The notes under the pieces were generated by a model. The model was not told the DNA's origin and searched no databases. It was given only the letters and a program-made list of their open reading frames with translations. A program made the translations under genes and the position numbers. Below are positions 12,557-22,027 of a stretch of DNA of 64,000 nt, one piece after another. Location: contig OX337232.1 in NCBI GenBank assembly GCA_946965045.2, positions 2,232,001 through 2,296,000 on the forward strand. The letters run 5' to 3'. The first letter of the stretch is position 1; each line of letters begins with the position of its first letter. This DNA is from Epithemia pelagica (taxonomy: Eukaryota > Protista > Bacillariophyta).

Positions 12557-13725
12557 CTATGTTCCTTTTGTTTGCAAACGGGCAATTTCACTTTCTACCC
12601 TTGTCAGAGGAAGTAAATTGTCATTTTTTCCGACCACTGCTGTCTTCAGGTAACAGGAAAGACAGAACACATCCCCCGTCACTGATTTCTTCGAAACGCA
12701 ATGATATATTGTTGGGTTAAAAATGATAATGTCTCCCTGACGCAAGGCTACCACTTGTGCATGAACTGGGAAAACGAAGTAGCATAGAATTTCATCCAAA
12801 TCAGCCTCTTCTGGTTCCACCTGCAGAACCACCACAATGGAATAACCAAAGTCGCAGTCGGTATGTGCTTGGAGATAGACATTCCGTCCAAATGCAACGG
12901 ACAAGAAAAACTCTGTGGCTCTATGCCCATCGTCAAGCGTTGTGATGTCTTGGTGGACAGCTGCATTTCTGAACCCTGTCAAGTAGGACCAATCAACCCA
13001 ACGTTGAAAGATCTCTTCCAATCGTCGTATAAAACTCACAAGAGTCTCCTTCTCCTCAGTTGACATCATGTTTAGCTTCGACTGTATGAGTCCTCTCCCC
13101 CCTCGGTTAGTATGGATCCCAATGGCCACATACTTGGAATTCGGCCCATCCAAGCCAAGGAATTTGGACTTTCCACTACGTTGATTCGGTGCCTTTTCTC
13201 AACACTCTTCAAGACTTGTATAATATCATGGATGGCTTTGTCTGGCATCAATCTTGATTGATAGGGAGGTTTAATGAACACAGGAAGTTCATTTTTTATC
13301 GGATGGAAAATTGAACCCCCTTGGCCAGTGTCAGTGACCTTCCAATTGCATAATGAAACCATTATAGGCTTGTCATAATTTTGTGATCGATCAGAAAAAT
13401 TCGGCTTGGCGATGTCAACGTCCATTGTGAAGACCACACAAAACTTTTCCAGAATAGAAGCTTGGATACCATCTTCAGCTGGAAGAGGCTCCACTGACAA
13501 GAGCTCAGACCTTTGTTTTCTGTTTTTTTTCTTCTGTCGTTGCTTCTGCCGTTTGGTTTTTGCCTTGGCTGCAGCCTGGACAATCCCCTTTGCCACCACC
13601 GTCCGTAATGAGCTTGATGTTTTTGTCGAACTAAAAGAATGGAAAGGAGTTGTCACATTGGTGCTGCTTCCACTCTCATTGTCAGTGATTTTCTTCAATG
13701 TGGAACAAATCTCTTCTGAAGACAA
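12557..13725 (-). CDS. TET/JBP-like 2OG-Fe(II) dioxygenase; 1-nt frameshift in the A-run near 13194-13197; true start is upstream and unresolved
   Basis: C-terminal double-stranded beta-helix signature AFGRNVYLQAHTDCDF (HxD), YFVFP..QVVALRQGDIIIFNPTIYHCVS (distal His) and VFCLSCYLK. The upstream ORF 13072..13725 has a basic NLS-like tract (KAKTKRQKQRQKKKNRK) and joins at VEK / KAPNQRSG. Confidence 0.65.
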
Positions 13726-13852
13726 TGGTTTGGTTTGCCCTATCTTAGGAGAGGTGGGTCCCTTACTGTGAAAGTTTGGGTCCAGCGGCCGGTCCTAGGA
13801 GCTTGCCAAACAAAAGTCAACAGCTAGATTTTCAGCAAAGATCCATGCAAAA

Positions 13853-14170
13853 TTCAATTGGAAATCGCGTCTGAACGAAGCAACGGCCCATGGAATATGA
13901 GTATACCATCAATAACAGCATGAGAAGACCTTTCCAACGGTGAAGAGCAATCCAAATTCCGACTTACACTTAGAAAGTTATGGACAGTCAAGGATGACCC
14001 TTGCCCAATCAACCATAAAGAGGAGTCAAACTTCAATTGAAAATCGCGTCTGAACGAAGCAACGGCCCATGAAATATGAATATACCATCAACAACAGCAT
14101 GAGAAGACCTTTCCAACGGTGAAGAGCAATCCAAATTCCGACTTACACTTAGAAAGTTATGGACAGTCAA
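13853..14170. repeat. Tandem duplication with 179-bp period (~1.8 copies)
   Basis: TTCAATTG(G/A)AAATCGCGTCTGAACGAAGCAACGGCCCATG begins at both 13853 and 14032. The copies stay near-identical through GGACAGTCAA. Confidence 0.95.
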
Positions 14171-15222
14171 AGATCTGTTGTTTTTTGTTGCTGCGTGTGT
14201 TGTTGCTGTTGATAGTCAGTGTGTTGACTGTGGAGGACCACCACAGGAGCACCAAAGGAGTCTGATGAGTGTTTTCTGCAGAGAAAAAATCTTTTTTCCT
14301 TCAAGCATCAGGATGAGGACCGGGGTGGCAGTTGGAGAGCCGGCAAAGCCACCCTATTTGAGAGCAAGCTCTGCCTAGCACGTGTCCAGGACACGCGACC
14401 AAATTTGGTCTGGCCGCCTCACCTATTTGGAGGGGAAATAATGGCGAATGGTCATCGTCACGGTTTCCCATTGATGGAAATTGTGGTCGCGGACTTTCCG
14501 CATCTTTCGGCAGAGATGCGACTGTCGAAAGGGGACATCACACCCTCCATGATTCCAGGTGCTTTGTATGAAGCTTAAGTTGTGTATGAAGCGTACAATA
14601 CGTGAGTTCGCATTTGTAACACTTACATTTTCAACTTGATTAATTTAGTAGCTGCTGATGACAGGTCATGTGAGAGAGCCTGCAGGCCGCAGGGGGCTGG
14701 GCGCGCCATGAACTCAGGGAAGACATGTGTACAAATAGAACAAAGAGCCGTTAAGTTTAAAAAGTACACTACTGTTACTCGTAGAAATAATCTAAATGAC
14801 TTGATTATTAGTACTTGTACTAGTAGTAATATTGTAGGAGTATACCTGTACCAGTACTCGTACTCGTTGATGAAAGATCAACTCTACTCGTAATAGATCC
14901 AAGATAGAAGATAGCACGCAACATGGAGCCGCCGCCATCATCAATCCCATTTTTATACTCATTACCTTCTGGTATTGTTTGTAATTGTAATGTCCCCAGT
15001 CCCCAGTCCCCAATCCCCAATCCAATGCCGGGAGCTGGGGTAATCCTGAGCAGCTCGCTGTCGTGCCAGGCAAAGTCTGACTACAAAGCGGAACACGACC
15101 AGAACGCTTAATCGATGTACTATAGCATAAACTATGAACATGGACAAATAGAGAACTAATAGAAAGATTTAGGCCCACCACCACCGGGTTTTTGCAACCG
15201 CCCCAAATCATACTACATTTAT

Positions 15223-16296
15223 TTACAGACGCACCATCTTGTGTTTCATGCCGCCTTCAAACTTGGCGTCCGGCTCATGTAGGGAAATCAACAACGCTCT
15301 GAATCCGTTTGTTGTGTCGTACATAAATTTGTAGTCGAACCTGCTTTGGACCATGAAAGGAAGAGTCAGAGAAAACTTTGACCTGACAAAGTCTGTTTCT
15401 CTTTGTCGCATCTGATTCATGGCGTCTTCCAAAGCAAGTTTCATTCGTAGGTTTTTCTCCTCGACATGCCACTCTCTGTGCATGTGTTGGGTTAGATACT
15501 GGATATGAGTTGCGTTGTCAGGCCAAATAACCTTCACATGTACCTGTAGCTGGCTTGGATCCACTTCAATCATGCAATTTGTTGTGTCTTCATGTGCAAT
15601 ACCTGTAGGCAACACCACCAAAATCACCAAATGACGCTGTTTCTTGTCGTCGACCCACTGTGTCAAGACATGAGGAGGCTCCCAATTCCTCATCATGTCA
15701 TTACCACTGTCTTCTTCATTTGTCTTTTTCCTCTTTTGTTGTAGTTGTACCTGTAGTGTCGCCTGTAATGGCATGGATCCTGCCGCCCTTTTCTTCACCA
15801 TACCATCATCACTGACAACAGACTCAGGAGCGACCTTGGCAGCAACACCTGGTCATAAAAGACAATAAACCACCACAGGTAAGGACAGTGACTCAACAAT
15901 CAAACAAACAGTGTTCACTGGCACTTACCTTGTCCTTTGGACGACCCAAACAAAGAAGGAGCTGGTTTGAGATCTCCATCATTGGGGTTCCTTACCTTTC
16001 CACCCATAGATGGGGCCGTCTCACCACCATCCAACAACTCATGACCAGTCTCTCTCTCTCATGTTGATTCTTCAAGTGGACTTGATATTTTTTTTGGCTT
16101 TGTTGAGGGCCGACCTGAATGATTCCAATTTATACTTTTGGAAAACAGCATGTTCCAACCACACAGATTTGGGTGTGGCGCTCTCCAGGATCAAGCCTTC
16201 TGACACGATTTTGTCAAGGAATTTGGCATCTTTCGACTTAGAATCCCACGAAAGCAGGGCACCCTCGCCCAAAGTGTTGCGGCCAGACCTGGTCAT
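15223..16296 (-). CDS. Harbinger A accessory gene: Myb/SANT-like N-domain plus alpha-crystallin/HSP20-like C-domain; spliced, with frame lesions near 16060-16100
   Basis: N-part SWDSKSKDAKFLDKIVSEG..FQKYKLESFRSALNKAKK. A GT-AG intron at ~15850-15928 gives GQ|GVAAKV in frame with ORF 15223..15801. The C-domain reads HLVILVVLPTG, CMIEVD, VHVKVIWP, KFSLTLPFMV and NGFRALLISL. Confidence 0.6.
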
Positions 16297-16487
16297 TGGA
16301 GTATAGGTACTATTAGTACCTAAAACTGTAGCGCGAGGGAGTGCAAAACCAGACTGGTCTGTTCGCACGAAAACTAATTATGACCCTAAAAACAGTTCAC
16401 CAAAATCCAAACTGGGTCGGTTTTCATCATGGACTCCATTTTTCAATCGAGGAGGCCATGCCCAATTTGGCTCCAATTCTGAAAGTA

Positions 16488-16714
16488 GAACGACCCACGT
16501 ATTGCCCTTGCCTTGGGTCAACCGTGGGTCGTTCGTCCAAATGAATTGGGCACTTATAAGGTGTCCTGGGTCGGTTTTAAAAAAACAAGCTGGGTCGTTT
16601 TTTTCGAGCCAGGTCGTTTTTTCAAAACCGACCCAGGACACTTTCTAGTGGTTCAAATGATATAATCAAGCGACCCACAGTTTACCCAAGATAAGGGTAA
16701 TATGTGGGTCGCTT
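16488..16714. repeat. Nested inverted-repeat (quasi-palindromic) array in the divergent intergenic region of Harbinger A
   Basis: Three hairpins: GAACGACCCACG (16488) / CGTGGGTCGTTC (ends 16534); GTGTCCTGGGTCGGTTTT (16561..16578) / its reverse complement (16624..16641); AAGCGACCCACA (16668) / TGTGGGTCGCTT (ends 16714). Confidence 0.9.
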
Positions 16715-17052
16715 AAGATGTAGAAAGGAATAGGATGTTGGCGAGGTAGGGCCCTTCAGAAATTCCAGTTTTTGAATGAAAACGATTTTTGAATCGATTT
16801 CTGCACCGTTCCAGGCCGGTTCCAATGACCGGACACGAATTCAAATGAGTCACTATATATAGAACAGTACTAAGTTTAGTCTCACTGCTCAACTGACCAG
16901 CCAATCAAATGAACGTGATGGAATTTCAAAAAACCTGTTCCAATGAACTGACAGTACTACACAGAGACAGACCGAGATCAGAGTGAAGGTGTGGTCTGCA
17001 TCGCGACACAGACTGAGCAAACATAAATTTTCCAAAGCGATTTTCTCCCACC

Positions 17053-17991
17053 ATGTTGGTGACACAACGAACATTCATCAACTTGGCTCTGCCAATGCTT
17101 GGTAGAGCAAGACACTCACATTCACTTGATTTCTCACGTGCTTTTCGCTCTTACTTTGGAATGTCTCCTTTGCTCTGTGTTCATGTGTGGGATGAACTGG
17201 ACAGTTCATTGCCCAAAGGTGCATCGCCTCGTCATTTGTTGTGGTCACTGGCTTTTCTGAAAATCTATGCTACAGAGGATGTCATGGTCTCAATAGCCAA
17301 AACAACGAGGAAGACCTTCAGGAAGTGGGTCAAAGTGTTTGTAGATTTGTTGTATAGTGGTCTTCATTATGTGAGTACATGGCCCTACATGAATTTGCCA
17401 TGAAGTTGTCCTCCTCATATCTGACCATTGCTGTTGTTCTTATAACAGATTGTATGGGACAATAGGTTTGATTGTTGTGTACCTGGACAGGTTTGTTTCA
17501 TTAGTTTGGATGGTACTGACTTCAGGATTTTGGAGCCGTCACCTTTTGATCCAAAACGGTACTCGCACAAGTGTAAGGGAGCAGGTGTGAGGCATGAGGT
17601 GGGAATCTGCCTGAAAACTGGCTGGATAGTGTGGTGGAATGGTGCATTCCCTTGTGGCGCTTGGCCAGACCTACGGATTGCCAGAGACTGGCTTGTTCAA
17701 GAGCTACTACCGAATGAGAAAGTGATTGCTGATGGTGGTTACAACGATTCTGGATGCTACTTTGTCACACCTACTGGAAGAAATGACTATCAAGACAAGA
17801 TGATGGCAGATGCCAGGGCGAGACATGAAACAGTCAACAATTTACTGAAACATTACAATATCTTAAAGGAGAAATACAGAGGAGATCTGGATGGGCATCA
17901 CAAGGTGTTTGGAGCAGTGGTGAATCTGGTTCAGATGAAGATTGAAAATGGTGAGGCGAAAGTGTTTCAGATCAAAGTGGAAAATGACTAG
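17053..17991 (+). CDS. PIF/Harbinger DDE transposase (DDE_Tnp_4-like); intron 17371..17448
   Basis: HLLWSLAFLKIYATE..TFRKW N-domain. The splice joins LHY|IVWDNRF. Catalytic motifs SLDGTDF, IADGGY and RARHETVN are present, along with YSHKCKGAGVRHEVG. Confidence 0.9.
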
Positions 17992-18402
17992 CAGTACAAA
18001 TATGTAGCGGTTATGAACCGGGTGGTGGTGGATTTTAATAGTACTAGCAGTCAATATATCATCTTTTGTCGCTAGAGTGTTCTTTATTCAGAAAAAGCGT
18101 TCGGTAACTCCTACCAATGCCAAGTCTCGAAGAGATGATGAAAATGAGAGGAGTGAATGGAGACAATGCTGCTTATGTTTTCATGCTTGAAGTATTTGGA
18201 GTGTCGGAGTATAGGTCACAGTCAGTATCTGACTGGTAAGGTAGCGACCTGCTCAGGATTACCCCATCTCCCCGGGTAGAAGCCGATGACCGAAAAGTGC
18301 GCGCGTGCCACCATGCCAACCGGTGACGACAGAGGACGTGTCCACCATGTCCGGGATTGTAGATGATGGTAATTTGATAAGGTTATTTGCGCCTCACCTT
18401 AA

Positions 18403-19215
18403 CGCCAATCGTAATCAAGTAGCGCATAGCTGTCTCCCATATATGGGAGACAGCTATGCGCTACTCCCTTAACTTTGACTTCCATTAACTTCATCAAAAT
18501 TCACTTTCATCCAAATCTGACTTCATCGTTCGATAGATCTTAGAATTCTGAACAACTTCATATATGATAGTCTACAGTAAAGATCCACTCATGAGCTTGA
18601 TATTTGAACTTGAAAAATTGGTGATTTTCCTCATTTTCACTCATTTACGTCTTCCATCGGCTGAGCCCCAGATGCCAAGCGACCCGTCCAAGGTGCTACC
18701 AACCTTGCACCTGAAGCCAGTACAACAGTACCCGAGGAAGCTGATGATGAGGAGGCGGATATACACAAGAAAGAGGAGAAGGACTGCCGACAACAGCAAT
18801 ATGGAAGAAGACGAGAACAAAACACGAGACAACAACGATAATGGTGAGGACGACGAAACGACAGAAATCCATGGATTGTGAGAACAACAGTAGATAGGAA
18901 TAAACAGAGATTTGTAAATGTGAAGAGTTATTTTGTTGACTTCTCGTATCACTACATCATGGTCGCTACATCATGGTCACATCATGGTGCCACCATCATG
19001 GACTAGGTGCCACCATCACAGACTAGGTGCCACTTGTATGACGGAGGGGGCCATTGTAATTCGATGAGACCTGTGTTTTAAGGTTAAAACAGCCTCTGTT
19101 AAGGCGCTCGCATGGGAGACAGCAAATTTGAGCATCTGGTTGACTCCCATAAAATTTATGGGACACAGCTATTTGATACTCCGATAAGCTTAAAACCCGT
19201 TCTTTACGATTGGCG
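18403..19215. mobile_element. Non-autonomous piggyBac-like element (813 bp) with TTAA target-site duplication
   Basis: TTAA (18399..18402) | CGCCAATCGTAA ... TTACGATTGGCG | TTAA (19216..19219). An internal inverted repeat (AGTAGCGCATAGCTGTCTCCCATA vs AGTATCAAATAGCTGTGTCCCATA, 20/24) sits 3 bp from the left TIR and 23 bp from the right TIR. No transposase core lies inside. Confidence 0.7.
18418..18465. repeat. Perfect 48-bp palindrome
   Basis: AGTAGCGCATAGCTGTCTCCCATA|TATGGGAGACAGCTATGCGCTACT is exactly self-complementary. Confidence 0.98.
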
Positions 19216-19887
19216 TTAATACGAGGAAGTTTCCTAAATCGCAAACCGAGAACCGAGAGACGTTTTCCGGGACCCATGGAAATTTTCTGCAACAAAACAA
19301 CTCATCATCATTCATCATACTCCTACGAGTATGCAATAGACAAAAAAACTGGACATCGTTCTCAGTTCCACTATTCATTCAACTCTTGAGGGGGTGATGG
19401 AGCGACCAGCAACCAGCGACACCGACACATCATCAAACACGACAACAACTTCACCAACTTCCAAATTCTAAGCACGAGCCAAAGTCGAAGCACATACAAA
19501 ACGCACACGTCGCAAATATCATCCGTAAGATCTACTCCTACTCGTATTCTAAAGTGGCACGGGCTCTCATAGCGACGACATCGTTACATAGGCTTCGACT
19601 TCCAGCAGAAGCCTACAATAGACAATATGTAGTAGAGAAGGACTTATCTCGTTCGGTGTTCGGTGGGGGAGCTAGAAGTTAGTCTCACACCATCCACCAT
19701 CCCCGCAAACCGCAAACACATACAAAATGAAACATCGCGAAATTGCCTTTTGCGCCTGATGGTCAGCAACGTCGGCAACATGACACTCATAGCAAAGGCT
19801 CGTAGCAGCGGTAGCTTACCAAGTCAACCTATAGATACAATCAGTTGGCGTACAAATAGACAACTAACATTCATTAGTCATTAGGCA

Positions 19888-20855
19888 CTAGTCTTCGTAG
19901 TCAACCTGAAATAGTTGTTCGCCGTTGTTGATTGTAAGCTGGCAGACGATGGCAACAGCTCTGAAAACGTCCGCATGCTGGTTGAACTCGTGTCGAAATG
20001 TCTGGGCGAGGCAGCCCCAAAGCTTGAACCTCTTGTTGATTGTTTCCTGACGACTACGGACACGTTGTTGCATTTTTTTCTTTTCGGGTAGATTGGTGAA
20101 GCCCTTTGGGCATTTGACTTTCTGGGGATGTTCCCCGACGTATCCATCATCTGCTTCAATGCGCTCGTTGGGTTCGAGGTGCGAGAGTAGTGAGTTGCGG
20201 AAGATCATAAGATCATTCCACAACCCACACTCATATGGCCCGTTGATCCACACAATATCTCCGGTGCGAATACAAAGGCCCACCTCATACCGAAGACCAC
20301 TCTTTTTAAACTTGTACGAAAAAAACCTGCGGCCATGCTCGGGGACACGAAAGTCCGTCCCATCAACTGACATCAGGCAGTCATTGCCAATATCTGTCTT
20401 AAACCTTTTCTCAAATATTATCTGAAGCAATCTGGTTAGATAAGAAAAGACAGACATCACTTTCGCAAAGTAGGAGCACCACTTACCACTAGGGGTTCTA
20501 GGTTTGCAATCGCCGGAATGAATAACCACGTCCACTTGCGGAAGGTTTCCGGGTCAACACCACCTACAAGGGCACACAATGACTTTGCATTTGAGTAGAC
20601 CTTCAGAAATAGAAGGGTCCACAACAAATGAGTCATTGTACCCCCTGTAGGTATGGTGTCGGTGGTTCCCAGCAAGGACCACAAAGACAAAAACACTGCC
20701 ACCGAACACCCAAAAAAACTCCGGAACTCCAGATCCTCAGTCTCTGGAGAGCGCTGTCTTCGACCATCACGTCCCCAGATCCAACGAGCAATCCTGAGCA
20801 CATCATTGGCATCAGGTGGCTCGGGCCGTGGTCGCTTTCGATCTGGTTCATTCAT
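19888..20855 (-). CDS. PIF/Harbinger DDE transposase; intron 20422..20486
   Basis: HLLWTLLFLKVY..DPETFRKW, splice EPLV|IIFEKRF, and SVDGTDF, SYKFKKSGLRYEVG, EADDGY and VRSRQETIN. The reading frame is intact. Confidence 0.92.
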
Positions 20856-21384
20856 CTTTTGTTGTGACACAGTTTGGTATTTGATGTTGTCTGGCTGGGG
20901 AGCAGGGGTCGTGTGAGAGTTGCACCAACCGACACCCAAGACCCCAAACAAGTTATGCCCAATCATTGATTACACATGAAAAGCAGGAAGGGCTAGGTGA
21001 GTCATCTACTATATGTTCAAAAAGTTCTGTTGGTCGTGTCACATGGACATAAAATTATTGGTACATAGCCAACACACCAATCATAGATCATAGTTAGGAG
21101 TAGTCATAGCCCATGGACAACGGACATTCCTCACAGATCATGCTCATAACCATAATAGAGTGGCAAGACAACAACAACTATTGTAGGAACTAGTTAACGA
21201 TTCTACCGGGACCCATTTGAACTTTGAAGTCATTGGACGTTGAGTTTACTCTATGACATTGGATTCGGGGAAGCACATGAACAAAGAAATCACATCTCTG
21301 TTGTGTGCTCGTTTCTGATCTTCCATAGATTAATATATGCCCTGTATGTGTGATTGAATAATTGATTTTCTGTACAGGTTTTTT

Positions 21385-21677
21385 GTTTTACACTTTTTGG
21401 CCGTTTTACACTTTTTGGCCGTTTTGCACTTTTTGGCCGTTTTGCACTTTTTGGCCGTTTTGCGCCTTTCGGCCGTTTTGCGCCTTTCGGCCGTTTTGCG
21501 CCTTCCAGTACAAAATCCTACGTATTTTCTCGTAGCACCGGCCGTTTTGCGCCTTTTGGTCGTTTTGCGCCTTTTGGACGCTTTGCGCCTTTTGGCCGTT
21601 TTGCATTTTTCGGCCGTTTTGCATTTTTCGGCCGTTTTGTGATTTCCGTAGTTTTGCGATTTCTGTAGTTCTGCGAT
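21385..21677. repeat. 18-bp minisatellite (~15 units in two blocks) in the Harbinger B intergenic region
   Basis: Units of GTTTT(G/A)C(A/G)C(T/C)TTT(T/C)GGCC: ~7 units at 21385-21506, a ~37-bp spacer, then ~5 clean and ~3 degenerate units. Confidence 0.95.
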
Positions 21678-22027
21678 TCAATCCTACTCGCTTAAGCCCA
21701 TCTAAATTGTGGTCACTAATATGTAGCAGCATAGCATGGATCTGCTCGTCACCGTCACACTTACTCGTAAACCATTAGTTGACTCATCACATAAAAAATT
21801 GTTACTATGCCCCTAGTTATGCCTGCATGATTTAGTATTGACTTGCTGCCGGTTTTATAGGTAGAAAGATTTAAGCCTATCAGTGATGTCTCACGAGTTC
21901 CCATGTGATACGTCTCCCTCCCGCTCTGAATTTTGTTCCCGCATGTCACAGGTTGTGGGTTGTTGCTTCACAGGACTGAAGCCTGTTGTGGTTTCTCAAA
22001 AAGAAAATCTCGCCACAAAACCACATA

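Larger units (their letters stand above)
9019..14449. mobile_element. Mutator-like (MULE) DNA transposon, ~5.4 kb, carrying a transposase and a convergent TET/JBP-like gene
   Basis: A ~46-bp inverted repeat at 9019..9064 (ATTCGCCATTAAATCCCCTCCAAATAGGTGAGACGGCCAGACAAAT) matches the reverse complement of 14403..14449 (ATTCGCCATTATTTCCCCTCCAAATAGGTGAGGCGGCCAGACCAAAT). The repeats enclose a MULE/SWIM transposase. No 9-bp TSD was found, so the exact ends are provisional. Confidence 0.75.
15028..18274. mobile_element. PIF/Harbinger-superfamily DNA transposon A (~3.25 kb) with two divergent genes
   Basis: TIR at 15028..15059 (CCGGGAGCTGGGGTAATCCTGAGCAGCTCGCT) matches the reverse complement of 18243..18274 with 2 mismatches. 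Weaker similarity continues ~23 bp inward. The element encloses a DDE transposase and an accessory gene. The TSD is not resolved. Confidence 0.85.

Noticed and set aside
13185-13200. Programmed ribosomal frameshift in the dioxygenase gene
   Set aside because: There is no X XXY YYZ slippery heptamer and no evident downstream structure. Mutation or homopolymer error is simpler.
14677-14708. Adjacent SbfI (CCTGCAGG) and AscI (GGCGCGCC) sites suggesting vector contamination
   Set aside because: No other polylinker or vector sequence is nearby, so this is probably a chance GC-rich patch.
14992-15023. TCCCCA(G/A) 7-bp micro-repeat as an interstitial telomere
   Set aside because: Only ~4.5 units, and they do not match CCCTAA/CCCTAAA. 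Treated as a simple repeat beside the Harbinger A end.
21385-21677. Repeat-spacer-repeat look of the 18-bp array as a CRISPR; ORFs 21397..21642 and 21406..21732
   Set aside because: The units are contiguous tandem repeats with only one interruption, in a eukaryotic context with no cas genes. The ORFs are by-products of the 18-bp periodicity.
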